Shown here: piece after piece, positions 1 to 12,560 of the stretch | Numbering within the stretch: the stretch's first letter is position 1 | How the letters are laid out: every line of letters begins with the position of its first letter | NCBI RefSeq assembly: GCF_009914755.1 | Contig: NC_060935.1 | Length of the DNA stretch: 64,000 nucleotides | From: the human T2T-CHM13v2.0 reference genome, Homo sapiens | Strand: one strand, 5' to 3' | Translations under genes and position numbers: made by a program | The notes under the pieces: model-generated | What the model was told of the DNA's origin: nothing | Seen by the model: only the letters and a program-made list of their open reading frames with translations | Databases searched by the model: none

Positions 1-175
1 CTACACACTTTTAAGCAAACAGATCTCAAAATAACTCACTCACTATCATGAGAATAGCACCAAAGGTGGAAATCCACCCCCATGATCCAATCACCTCCCA
101 CCAGGCCCCACTTCCAACACTGGGGATTATAATTTGACATCAGATTTGGGCAGAGACACAGACCCACACCATATC
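1..175 (-). mobile_element. MST-family MaLR LTR fragment (cut by window edge)
   Basis: cactcactatcatgagaatagc...cccatgatccaatcacctcccaccaggcccc...ccatatc is the reverse complement of the THE1/MST LTR 5' portion. Confidence 0.85.
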
Positions 176-334
176 GGCTCTGTAAACCCCCTGAAATTTT
201 ATGTAAAATGGCTTTCCATGTGCTTTATTATTCTTCATGGCAGATTTGTGGAGTTCACTAACTTGTCAAAGTTTCAACACACTAAAGGGTTAATAACCAC
301 TGACATTATTGCCTAAGAAGACAAAATCATATAG

Positions 335-480
335 GCAAATAGTATGGATTTTGGAGTTATACAGGGTAAGGATGAGCCTCCCTGCCAGTGTTTAGTTGTG
401 TGACCTTGAACTTACACACACAGACACACTTAGATTTTCTGCCTTAGATTCCCCATTTTAGAGAGGCAGATTAACTGTAC
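335..480 (+). mobile_element. MIR SINE fragment
   Basis: tggattttggagtt...tagttgtgtgaccttg...ttccccattt; degenerate MIR core. Confidence 0.6.
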
Positions 481-653
481 CAGGAGAAGAGAAATGGCTT
501 GTCAGAGGTTAGCTACCAGGAGATGAGGGAGCCAGAGCTCTAGCGAGGTGTGTTTCCCAAAGCCTAACAACTGCTTCTCTAGCTTCCACATTCCCCCCCT
601 GAAAACTCCATGCTGCCTGGTTCATCAGCAACAACGAAGAATAGTTCTTTAAA

Positions 654-1345
654 CAGAGCCTGTTTCTTGGGTTTGCAACCTGTGCAGTCCTGCAGGGCTC
701 CATGCTCATAAGGGCCCATGCACTTGGGGTTTAATGCTCTACAGCAATTGTCTTGAAATTTTTAATAATTTTGTCTTTGAATTGGCTTTTTAAAGTAAAG
801 CATGATGGGACAATGGAGCATGGGCTGGTGGGAGCTTGATGCATCAGCTCACACAGGGTCCTCCCTCCTGCCACTTCCTCACTTCCTCAACATATTCTCA
901 GGCTTCCTCTTCAGTCCCTTTGTCCCTATCCCACATCATCCCTGATCCTTCTTTTCCCACCCCAGCCTGCTGCTGACCTCCAACAAAAGGTCTCAAGGCC
1001 CAGTTCTCTCCACCCCCCTCCACCTCCTTCAGGGGCCTTGGTACAGGCAAGGTGAAGGTCTGCATTGTGGGGTGGTGTCTGGTAGTAGAGTAAGTCAGCA
1101 ACCATCTCTGCTCTGGGCTAGCAACACCACAGGGAGTTTAGAGGTAATTTGGAGATGGTCCCCCACCCATCCCCAATCCTGGTACCAGGCAAGTTCCTGA
1201 AAGGAGGTTGAAAACCTTTAGCGGTTGCCCTTCACTACTGATTAGGGCAGAAGACACAGGAGAAGAAGAGATTGACTACTATGCCCTGCTAGGGCTTCAC
1301 ATGTTTATTTTGCATTGGGCCCCAAAAATTACATAGCTGTCACTG
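654..1345 (+). mobile_element. MER45 (B/C-type) hAT-Tip100 DNA transposon, both ends present
   Basis: 5' end cagagcc...gcaacctgtgcagtcc...ggtttaatgctct...tcttgaaatttttaataatt; 3' end ttttgcattgggccccaaaaattacatagctgtcactg; 8-bp TSD tctttaaa (646-653) / tccttaaa (1346-1353). Confidence 0.8.
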
Positions 1346-2236
1346 TCCTTAAAGGAGTGTATATTTTTAACATGGAAGAATAAATGCTAATAAGCTGCTA
1401 TTACCTGAACTAATGCTTTAAACTTCTTCCAGATAAATTCTCTAGCTGCTGGCATTACATTCTGGCCTCACATTCATACATCATTAACTATTTGGGGATG
1501 AAAGTGTAAACAAATAAAAAAATCAGTCATATCAACAAAGAGACTATATATAACACTACACTAAAGATATTCTATCATATTGATCCATATGGTATTTCTA
1601 TTTTAAAAATTGAGGGAGAGAAATGGGCCAGTTGGAATAATTCTAATATTGTCCTTGTCCTTACTTTCTCTTCTATACTAAAGCTCTGTTCTGGTATTTA
1701 GCACTGACAGGAAAGTCTGTTGGAGATTAGTTTATTTTACAGACTAAACAGCCTAAAACTTTCTTGCTTCCCACTCTTATTCCTTGAGGAAATAGGCTGC
1801 AAGCTGTATTTTCTGGTCTCAGCAAGAGTGCTCAATCCACGATATTTAAGAAATAGCACACATCTTTTCATATCTCAGAGGAAACTCAAAGATTCACCTG
1901 CTTTCTCTATTCTTTCTTCCTTTTCCCCACTGCTTAGCTGGATGGACTTGTTCAGGCAAAATTAGAAGTAGTAGGGGAAGTTGTTTTGATGACCCCATTC
2001 ATCTAGTTCCCAAATCTGTCTTTTCTACCTCAACTTCTCATCCACACTACTACCTGGGTGACAATTTTAAAGACAAATATAATCCTCTCACTCCTGTAAT
2101 TATAAACCTAGTGAGTCCCTAATGCTTAAAAGAATCTGTTACTGCTAACAGAACCCATCCTTCCCCTGCATTTGGGAGTCCTGGAGCAACTTGCTATAAA
2201 GCAAGCAGAGCATAGAAGATTGTATTCATTGCATTA

Positions 2237-2306
<70 letters not shown>
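2237..2306. repeat. (TC)n(CA)n compound microsatellite
   Basis: directly visible. Confidence 0.98.
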
Positions 2307-2310
<4 letters not shown>

Positions 2311-2689
2311 TAGGAGTTAGGCAAGGTCACAGTTCAAATCTAACTCAAAGAGAAAAGCTTTCACAAAAACATCACAAACAATCTACCCAATTTTGTACTC
2401 CTCCAAAATCCATGGAACAAAAGGGTCAAAGGAGAGATTTCTAACTATCCTTTCAATATCAGGGAACTTTCAACTTTAAGCATATACTTTAGTGGAACCC
2501 AGTCCCTTAGTAGGAATACTAGAAATAACATAGGCCAGTTAGCTGGAGACAGGAGACAGGACACAGAGAAGCTTCTGGGTAAGGGTCTGGAAGTCAGGTA
2601 TCCAGCCTGTAGTAGGACATAGAGAGTGTAAGATGCAGAGAGGACAATAAGGGTATCAGCAGCCATCATAGTCTGCTAGGGACACCCCA

Positions 2690-2900
2690 AGGGAAATCTC
2701 CTTGGTAGCTCCATCATAACAGCCATCACACTCCATTATACTCACATGCTTAATTGTCTTTCCTCCTTACTAGGCTCTGAATGCCTTCAGGGCAAGGACC
2801 CTCTTTACCTCTTTCTGCTCTAATGCCTGCCTGTGATAAGTATAAAGCCTCCACCCCCAACCGTAGTAGAGGGGCTTGAGAACATGCATCTTCAACTGAA
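2690..2900 (+). mobile_element. L2 3' end fragment
   Basis: ctaggctctgaatgccttcagggcaaggacc resembles the L2 3' tail. Confidence 0.55.
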
Positions 2901-3809
2901 ATCTGGACCATTGCCTTTTTTAAAGGCTGGTCCCCAACCCAGAGAATCAAAAACATATTAACAGTGCCCTTTCCTTTTCAGTTGCTCAACTGCCTGTCCT
3001 AAAAGCGCAACAGTTTATCCCTGGTACCTAGAAAAAGGCATGGGCATGAGCATCATCCATATAGGTTAGCCGTACTCCCCTTCTCAGAAGGGAATCACCC
3101 AGCAGGTAGAAGAAACATTAACTTCTCTTAATTAGGACTACCCCTCTAAATTACCAAATTGTAGCACCCTCCAGTCAGGAGAGATGGAGGCTTGTGGTCT
3201 CTAAGTGGAACTCAGTAGCCTCAGCCAATTCGATAGCCCCACTGCCATGCATGATCTCTCACCTGGAGCCTTGTCAGTCCCTGATGAACGAGCTGACATA
3301 TTTCATTGTCAGTCAGTCTCCAACTGCCTCACCCCACCTGAGACAGCTGACTCTGAAGACTAAGATGAATGGGGCTTCAGTGTGTAACTCCCACTTCCTT
3401 GTGATTTCTGCCACAAATACCCACATAGACCAACTGTCCAATTTTCCATGATCCACATCACAACAGGGGAACATTCTAGCTGCCATCTGTCACCTCCTTT
3501 CTGTCAGATTTCTCACAAGGTGAAGGGAACTGATTGTGTTTTTACATATAAATTACACTGATATCGGTAATAAAACACCTGACTGAGTGGCGTGACTTAA
3601 TAAATGCAGCCTGTTCACGATAACCATGTTGCACAAGATAGAGTGGGAGTAATCTATCAGGAATCGTGGGCCCCGCCTGCCTGTCTGACTGCCTGCTCCC
3701 AACATGGAGCCGATCTCAGTGGCCCTTGCAGTAGTGACTTTTGTTTCTATCCCACACACCTGTTTCCTTGGGAGTATGAATGTCATGGGGGTGGCAAAGG
3801 CTAAGCCGT

Positions 3810-4015
3810 GATGTGCAGTGGGAAGCGCATCTACTATGGAGCCAGGTAGACTTGGGTAAAGATCCCCACTCTGATTCCCGATTGCAGGGTGCACTTAGGC
3901 AATTCACTGGCCCTTTCTAAGCCTCAGTTTCTTCAATGTGTAATATGAATTTTACAATAACTACTTTTGATGTTTCTTACGGGGTTAGAAATGAGGTATG
4001 CTAAGCATTGGGCTT
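3810..4015 (+). mobile_element. MIR SINE
   Basis: ggagccaggtagacttgggt...ctaagcctcagtttcttcaatgtgtaatatg MIR core. Confidence 0.75.
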
Positions 4016-5249
4016 GCTACTGATCATCCATAAGAAGCAGTCAGTAGAAGAACATGAGTAGTCATGTATACCGTCCCTCTTTCCATTTCCTCCAACAAAA
4101 GACTACAACTGTATTATTATTGTTGTTGCTGTTGTTTTTTAAATAATTTTAGTGGATTATTTGGGAGTGTAGCAGGTTTTACCAGAGTGAGTTAAGAAGG
4201 ATTAAAATGGAGGGGTAATATCTACTTGTGGAATAAAATTCCCTTTACTTTAGCTCATTCAGATTACCTTTTCTACAAATAGAAATAAGGAAAATGGGAA
4301 CTTTAACAGTAGAACGCAGTTCTCACATAGATAAGGATATTGCTAAAAGCCTGGAAGATCATTAAGATTTAACAGAACCTTAGCAACCAAGTTTTCCTGT
4401 CACTCTGTCAGCAGTCAGCTTCATTGGCTCTAGTACACTGCCATTAGTGACTCAACACTGTCCTTCTCCACTTCATCTGCTCTTGTTGTTATAATTGCCA
4501 CTGTTATGATGTCCCCCTCCTAGATATCTCGAGCTTTCTGCCTATACTGAGCTTCTGCTTACTCAAGGCTCCTACAGCTTCGTGACTTCTACTGTTTAAT
4601 GAAACCCATTTACGTCTCTCATGATGTCCTCTTTGTGTTCTCTGCCTCCACTGACAGTTGTTGACTCTACATTTCTTATTCAAATGCCCCAGTGGAGAAA
4701 GACTTTATAGTTCAGTTTATCAGTGTCAAAACTGATCAGAGTTAGGAATAGCTCTTACACCAGGCCACCACATAGGCTGCTGACCAGCCTCAAGTCAAAT
4801 ACCGACCCTTTTCCAATCAATTATGGCCAGGACCTCAGAATCAAAATTCTACATATGCTGTACATGGGAACCCCCTAGGGCTGCTTCCAACCACAGCAGC
4901 CTGCAGGCTTGGTGAGCAGTCAACACAACAGATTCCTCTTCAAAACATCTCTTTCCTTGGGCATTTTCATTCCAGAATGAAACAGAGAATTAATTACTGC
5001 TCCAGAGATGGTACTTATTATACAGGATTTCTTGTTTCAGAAATTTCAGAGTAATCAGAATAACAAAACACCATACCTAAACCATGTCCTTTGGAACAGA
5101 AAGATTTTCTATCACAGAAAACTTTGTATTTATTTCCAAATGCAACCAAGCTAATACAGAATTCATTTTGAGAGTTTGGATAGAATGTTAATAATATTCA
5201 CAAGTTAACTGGGAAAATTTCAAGACACCCCCTGAAAGAATAGTTTGGT

Positions 5250-5419
5250 TATAAAAGCAGGGTGTGGCACCTCCCTTATTCTGATTTTTGATCCTGTATT
5301 TGGTAGCTTCTCCATTTAATAAGTACTTATGGGTCATAAACTAACAAAGAGCGACTGCTTGCTGGTTGTTTTAATACCCATGGATGATGAAAGACAGTCT
5401 CAAAATAGCTTTGGTGAGT
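5250..5419 (+). promoter_or_regulatory. Candidate TATA promoter / first exon (speculative)
   Basis: TATAAAAG 5250-5257; in-frame ATGs at 5329 and 5380; donor TTG|GTGAGT at 5413/5414; no repeat recognised here. Confidence 0.25.
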
Positions 5420-6299
5420 ACCAGGTGGTGATCCCTGTGAAAACTGGTAAAACAATTACATTTCATGTCTGAAATTCACACCTCTAATTGTGATGTTCCA
5501 CTGTTTTGTTTCTTGGTAACATACCCTTAACCCATTCCCTTATAGCAGTAAAGACTAACAATTCAATAAAGCCAACTCTCCTTGCTTGTATGGATGAATT
5601 TCTCTTCTATTCTATCAAGAAAGAGGTGTTGGGGGGGAAAAAGTGTGGCTAAATCAGGAGTCTCTTTTTTAAATGTTTGGGAGCATAATGCCATACTTTA
5701 TGGCAGTTTAAAGCAATTTGTATGACTTATTAAATGACAAAAAGCAAAGTAACATTGTTTCATGAATGATCATGAGGTCAGAGGACTCAAGGGTGGTATA
5801 GCAGCGCTAACAATCTCGCCTATGAAATGCTATTGTGGGCAGTTACCCAGATGTCATTCCCGCAAAGGAATCAGTCCAACAATTTCATGTCTCACATCAA
5901 CTGGACCACCTATATCTGAGCAGCCCCAGTGTAGCACTTTTGTAATGTATAATGTGTTGAGTCAAAGGAGTTGTTTTTTTAAAAGCATCATTTAGTGAAG
6001 AGGCTTAGTAGGTACCACCATGATTCCTCAGGCCAAAAAAAAAAAAAAATTCTTTTGTTTAGAAGAACATGCTGAAATGATCTATTTAAGGGACTGTCTC
6101 TCCAGTTAAAAGGAGATGGCCCTTCATTTTTATTGCCTCAGCACTTAGCATAAACCAGATGGTCAGTGACAGCTTGTTGAATTAAACAGGGTGGGGTTCA
6201 CCCAGCTTAGATATTTCTTATGAAGGATTGTTAATGATATTTTGAAAACAAACAGTGAGGGTTAGCTACGTATGGCTTACTGAGATGAAAGTGTACAAC

Positions 6300-6583
6300 T
6301 TTTTATCATTAATATATACTCCGTGTGTGTTTATTTGAGTGTGTGTGTGTGTATGTGTAGCATGCTGACTGAGAACCACTGCAACTAAATGCTTAGGATT
6401 GGTAGGCTGCTCAAACTATGTTCGTGCATCTTTGCTCCCAATGGTTAGGATGTAAATTTGCCAAGCATCAGTGATGTTTGCTCCAAAATTTCTTTTTGCT
6501 TGTTATATGTGTTATTGTAATCATGTCATTTAATTAACTATGATTATAAACCCATTAAATATGGGTGCAAAAAGATGCTATAC
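6300..6583 (+). mobile_element. Tigger15a-like DNA transposon, 5' part (interrupted by L1)
   Basis: ...tttaattaactatgattataaacccattaaatatgggtgcaaaaaga matches the recalled region at the start of the Tigger15a transposase remnant. Confidence 0.6.
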
Positions 6584-8350
6584 ACACACACAAAAATAAA
6601 ATACCTAGGAACACATCTAACCAAAGCAGTAAAAGATCTCTACAAGGACAACTACAAAACACTGCTGAAAGAAATTAGAGATGACACAGGTGGAAAAAAC
6701 ATTCCAGGCTCATGGATTAGAAAAATTATTATTATTAAAATGACCATACTGCCCAAAGCAACCTACAGATTCAACACTATTTCTATCAAAATACCAACAT
6801 AATTTTGCACAGAATTACAAAAAAAAAATTTTAATTCATCTGTAACCAAAAAGAGCCTGAATAGCCAAAACAATCCTAAGCAAAAAGAACAAAGCCAAAG
6901 GTAGTGCATTACCTGACTTCAAACTATACTATAAGGCTATAGTAACCCAAACAGCATAGTACTGGTACAAAAACAGGTACATAAATCAGTGGAAGAGAAC
7001 AGAGGACCCAGAAATAAAGCTGCACACCTATAACCATCTGATCTTCTACAAAGCAGACAAAAATAAATAATGTGGCAAGGACTCCCTGTGTGCTAAATGA
7101 TACGGGAATAACTGGCTAGTCATATGCAGAAGAATGAACTAGACCCCTACCTTTTACCATATACAAAAATTAACTCAAATGAACACTTAACACTTAAATG
7201 TAAGACCTCAAGCTATAAAAAAATCCTAGAAGAAAACCTAGGGAATACCATTTTGGACATTGGCCTTGGCAGAGAATTTATGACTAAGTCCTCAAAAGCA
7301 ATTGCAACAAAAGCAAAAATTGATGAGTGTGACCTAATTAAACTAAAGAGCTTCTGCACAACAAAAGAAACTATCAACAGAATAAATAGCCCACAGAATC
7401 TATTTGCAATATTGTGGAGAAAGTATATGCAAATCATGCATCTGACAAATGACTAATATCTAGAATCTATAAGGAACTTAACCCAACAAACAAAAAACAA
7501 ATAACCTGATTAAAAAGTGGCCAGAGGACCTGAACATACACTTCACAAAATAAGACATACAAGCAGCCAACAAATATAGGAAAAAATGCTCGACATCACA
7601 AATCATCAGAAAAACGCAAATCTAAACCACAATGAAATACCATCTCACACTAATCAGAATGGTTATTGTTATAAAGTCAAAGAACGTCAGATGCTGGCAA
7701 GACTGCGAAGAAAAGGGAACACTTATATATTGTTGATGGCAGTGTAAATTAGTTCAGCCACTGTGGAAAGCAATTTGGAGATTTCTCAAAGAACTAAAAT
7801 AGAACTATTATTTGACCCAGCAATCTCATTACCAGGTATATACCCAAAGGAATATAAAGCATTCTATCATAAAGACACATGCATTCATATGTTCACTGCA
7901 GCACTATTCACAATAGCAAATACATGGATTCAATCTAGGTGTCCATCAACAATTGACAAGATTTTTAAAAAATGTGGTACATATACACCATGGAATACTA
8001 TGCAGCCATAAAAAGTGAATGGAATGAAATCACGTTCTTTGCAGCAACACTGATGCAGCTAAAGACCATCATCCTAAGAATATTAGCAAAGAAACAAAAC
8101 CAAATACTGCATGTTCTCACTTATAAGCGGGAGCTAAACATTGGATACATGTGGACATAAATATGGGAACAATAGAGACTGAGGACTACTCATGGGGGGA
8201 GGACTGAAAAACTAATTATTGGGTACTATGCTCACCACCTGGGTAATGGGATCATTATGCCATATGCCCATGGTGCATCACGCCATATGCCCATGCAACA
8301 CACCTGCACATGTACCCCCAAATCTAAAATAAAAGTGGAAATTATTTAAA
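6584..8350 (+). mobile_element. 5'-truncated L1 (L1PA15/16-like): ORF2 3' third plus 3' UTR
   Basis: ORF2 peptides [10 protein letters not shown]...[12 protein letters not shown] and [19 protein letters not shown]; 3' UTR ...cctgcacatgtacccccaaatctaaaataaaag; multiple stops and frameshifts. Confidence 0.95.
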
Positions 8351-8529
8351 ACATAAATGTGTTAGTGAGTTTAAAAAAGAAAAAATATTGTAGCATTTTT
8401 TATATTTTATTAATAAAAAATAAGAGAAAGGGAATTGGACATGGTGCAAGGATACAAAATGTAATCAGTCAAGGCAATTGTGCTGCTCCCATATAGAAAA
8501 CTTTTGCAACTATTAAAAATTACTTCTAA

Positions 8530-9025
8530 AAAAAGAGCTGCTATACTAGTAAAAAGAAATGGAATGCCTTGGAAAAACTCAGTGAAGGTAAGCTACTTTT
8601 AAAAGGCTACTAAATTAGCAATGAGAAAAAAATGGTTTCAAAAGATTGAGAAGAAAAAAATGGTTTCAAAAGATTGAGAAGAAAAAAATAAAAATTGTAA
8701 AAGATTTTATGTTTAGTTTGCTTGTCATGTACCTAAGTTTTAGCTCCACTTTAAAGAAATGGAAACTAGAAATTGTAAACAATGTGATGTGGGTGGGGTT
8801 TATTCAAGTAGGATAACTGCAACCTCCTATCAGCAGACTCTTAATCAAAGAAAAAAACATAACTTTGCATTAAAAAATATGCCCTTCTCTGTTATAAGTT
8901 AAAATAAAATGTTTAATGTATGTATTCATCATTTTAATGATATTTTGAAAAATTTTGTTAATTAACCAAACAACCAATATAAATAACATGGTCTCACATT
9001 GCATTGGTTATACAATGTATCCAGG
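8530..9025 (+). mobile_element. Tigger15a-like DNA transposon, 3' part
   Basis: gaatgccttggaaaaactc...ctccactttaaagaaatggaaactagaaattgtaaacaatgtgatgtgggtggggtttattcaag; CENP-B/pogo HTH-coding remnant continuing from 6575. Confidence 0.65.
8625..8689. repeat. 28-bp perfect tandem duplication (about 2.3 copies)
   Basis: gaaaaaaatggtttcaaaagattgagaa at 8625-8652 and 8653-8680. Confidence 0.95.
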
Positions 9026-9624
9026 TTTAACATAGTGATTAAAACATAGCACACCATTAGTAAAGGCTTGCAGAATGAAAGAAAGAATGTGGGGTGGGAG
9101 AAAAGAAGGCATAAATGACTGCGTATTAAATGAGTTGCTTTGAGGGGTTCAAGTGAAAATACTGTTCTTAGGCTGCCAAGGTTGTAGTTCAGGAAGTTGC
9201 AACACCTTAAAATTGCAACGCAAGGTATGAAGAATGGTATAATTTGCTCCCTACACCACCTCCCCATAAAAAGGTTTCAAGTCAAAACTTTGTTTTTCCT
9301 ACCACCAGTAGGTTCGTTATCTAAACCAAACTCCTAAGAAATGTGAGAAGATTCACTTAGCCTACTGCTTCTGCTGCATTTAATATTTATGCTCTTCCTC
9401 CAAATTTTTGCAAATTAGTCCATTGACTATGCAGGGAGAGTTGGATTGTTACACATTTCCACAGCCAGCAGAAGAGAGAACAATCTAATAACTAGCAGGA
9501 GAAGGTTATTCAGACTTGACAACTTACAGTTCCAGGTGTGTCTAAGGTTAGGAAGTTTCTATTTTATGCATAATTTGTTGGGATGACTATCCTACAAGAG
9601 AACAGGAAACCAAGGAAAAATAAC

Positions 9625-9790
9625 ACTGATTAAGCCCTACCGTGCCCCAAGAACTGTGCTAGTCCTTTACCTATTTAATCCTCACGGCAATCCCATGAGG
9701 TAGGCATTGTTATCTTCATTTTACAGATGCGAAAACAGTCTCATAGAAGTTAAGCCATTTGCTGAGGATCACACAGCTAGTAAAAGGAAG
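9625..9790 (-). mobile_element. MIR SINE
   Basis: tttaatcctcacggcaatcccatgaggtaggcatt...cattttacagatg...gatcacacagctagtaa. Confidence 0.85.
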
Positions 9791-10329
9791 GAAGTCCCTA
9801 CACCTTACCCCGCCCCACCTTCCTCCCCCACCTAATCCCTTGTATATTTGTGCAAGTTGGAATTGGTTTGCATAATTAAGTGCTAAGCCCACAGGAATGT
9901 CCAGAGGTTTAGAGTTTCACCTAGTCATAACTGAGAGTAGAAACCTAAAGAAAGATAATATTAACTATACCCACTGTCTCTATTCTCATCATAATGCAAG
10001 CAGCATAACTGTCTGCCACTCCAAATTATGCGAGGCGCGGAGGAGCACTTGAGTATACTGGAGGGTCCTTGTACACATTTGGGTAATTAGGACTGGGATT
10101 CTTCTAACCACTCATTGACCAAAGCAATTCCTCTCACAGAAGCTTCTGCTCACTTTTATTTTTTTAAGGCTGCATGAAAATCATTTCCCAGGGTAAGAGT
10201 TCCACCTGGAGGATGATAAAGAATCTAGGCCACCCTCCACACAATTATAAAGGAGATAAACTATACATGGCTGAATGCAGAACAAATGCTCGGAAAAAAT
10301 GCAGAAATATAAAGATATTAAAGCATATA

Positions 10330-10479
10330 ACAACCATTTTTAATCAAAATGGTCATAAAAATAACCATATTTAACCAGTTTTAGCCATTTTTATCAAAAT
10401 GGTTATAAAAATGATAACCATATTTAACCATTTTTAACCATTTAAACCATTTTTAACCATTGTTAAATGGTTATCATTT

Positions 10480-10480
<1 letters not shown>
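10330..10480. repeat. Complex AACCAT/ATGGTT direct and inverted local repeat
   Basis: two copies of ccattttta(a)tcaaaatggt.ataaaaat(gat)aaccatatttaacca, followed by ttttaaccat units. Confidence 0.85.
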
Positions 10481-10980
<500 letters not shown>

Positions 10981-11679
10981 TAAAACTCAGGTTTCTATGA
11001 ACACATTTTAGACTCTTAAATAGTGTTATATATTGCATCTCTAAGCAATGAGAATATTAAAAGACTGACTAATAGGCTCAGAAACCAAAACATTATCTTT
11101 TTCCTCTTGCCCCAATTCCAGAAAACTCCCCAGCTTGGATTCTTCCTTCACCCCTTTGTGCTACTATGCTCTACCTAGAAACTATCAAGTTCCTGTCACA
11201 AGAAATCTGACATAACCCCATTCACATTCACGTGTAAATAAAGCTTAATCAATAAGGCTTAAGCTTTATTTATTTATTCAAATTGATTATTTAAGCTTAA
11301 CAAATAAGACCTAAGCAAAAATTCATTATGTCTTTACCATGTAATTAATTATTCACATCTAAATTGAGATAAACAAGGCTTAGTATATCAATCATTGATA
11401 GAAAACTCCCATCAGATCTGAACTGGTTCTGGGTTCTCCTTCCTTCTCTGTGCCCCACACCCCAGTACTCAACTTTCTTTTTCTTTCTTCTATGCTGTCA
11501 CCACTTATTCCATCCTTCACGAGTCTTCTCCCCTAAACCCATCTTCAGAATAAAACACAATCTCCCTGGCAACCCCAGTTCTCACAAACTTTGAAAACAA
11601 ACTCATGGATGGCTTGTGTTTTAAGGGTTTCCTTATGGAGTACGGTGGACAAGTAAACAGAAGGTAACAGGAGTAGAAA

Positions 11680-11985
11680 AGTAGTTTGTATTTTTCAAGA
11701 TGGCCACAGTAATATCTCTCATCCACGTGCTCTTGTTCAAATGTGACCTTGGCACTGGCACTCTTTTCATTAAGTGATAGAGACTAGGTCTACTTATCTA
11801 AACATGAGTGGATTTTATGAATGTGTGCCAATAGGGAATGGTGGAAGGGATATTCTGTGACTTTGCATGAAAAGGAAATGCCATAACCTTTCTCCTTGCC
11901 TTCTTAGGACAAGAAGAAACCAGCCACCATGCCGCAAATAATCTCAAACTACCCATGGGGGAAGATCATATTGGAGAAGCCACAG
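11680..11985 (+). mobile_element. MLT1 (G/H-like) MaLR LTR fragment
   Basis: aagatggccacag...aatgtgaccttggcac...aaccagccaccatgc...ggagaagccac. Confidence 0.65.
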
Positions 11986-11999
11986 ACCAACTATGCTTT

Positions 12000-12560
12000 G
12001 GCTTTCTTCACACTCCTGTAGCACTTTATCTAAATACAGTAACAGTTAACAGCATATTATCTGTTCCTTTCTTGTCTCCCAATAGAACTGAGCTTATTGA
12101 GAATAATCCATTTTGGACCTCAGCTCATTGCCTGGTACAGAGTGGCACTTTTAAAAGATGTGTTTTGTCATTCAAATCAAATGTCATTATTTAAAATGTG
12201 CTTATTTATTCAAAACTAAATGAAATATTAATTTGTATTGATTGGATTAAGGAAGGCTACCTCGAAAAGGTAACATTTGAACTGAGTATAGAAGAACGGG
12301 TTGAACTGGAACATTCTAAGTGGGGATTCTGTTTCAGTAAATATTCAGGGATAGTAAAGTGATGGGAATTATAGGTCAGCAAAATACACGGAGAAGTAGA
12401 AGTATAGAGCACATAAGAAATAATGAGAGACGACTTTGGTAAGGTAGGGTATGATGACTCATGTAGAAATTTAAACAAGTCTTTGGAATTTTGACTTTAT
12501 TTACTGGCATTTGGAAAATACTGAAAGGTTTTAAGAAGGAGAATGTTGATATATTTTCTG
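12000..12560. mobile_element. L2 fragments (3' end on +, then an internal piece on -)
   Basis: tagaactgagctt...gcctggtacagagtggcac; ggaaggct...aggtaacatttgaactgag; actgaaaggttttaag. Confidence 0.6.

Noticed and set aside
6575-8160. ORFs with reverse-transcriptase-protein-like peptides
   Set aside because: Fragments of L1 ORF2 broken by stops and frameshifts, not a host gene. The same applies to 45624-47147 and 55134-56871.
8625-8689. 28-bp direct repeat resembling a CRISPR repeat in length
   Set aside because: Head-to-tail duplication with no spacers, in a eukaryotic context.
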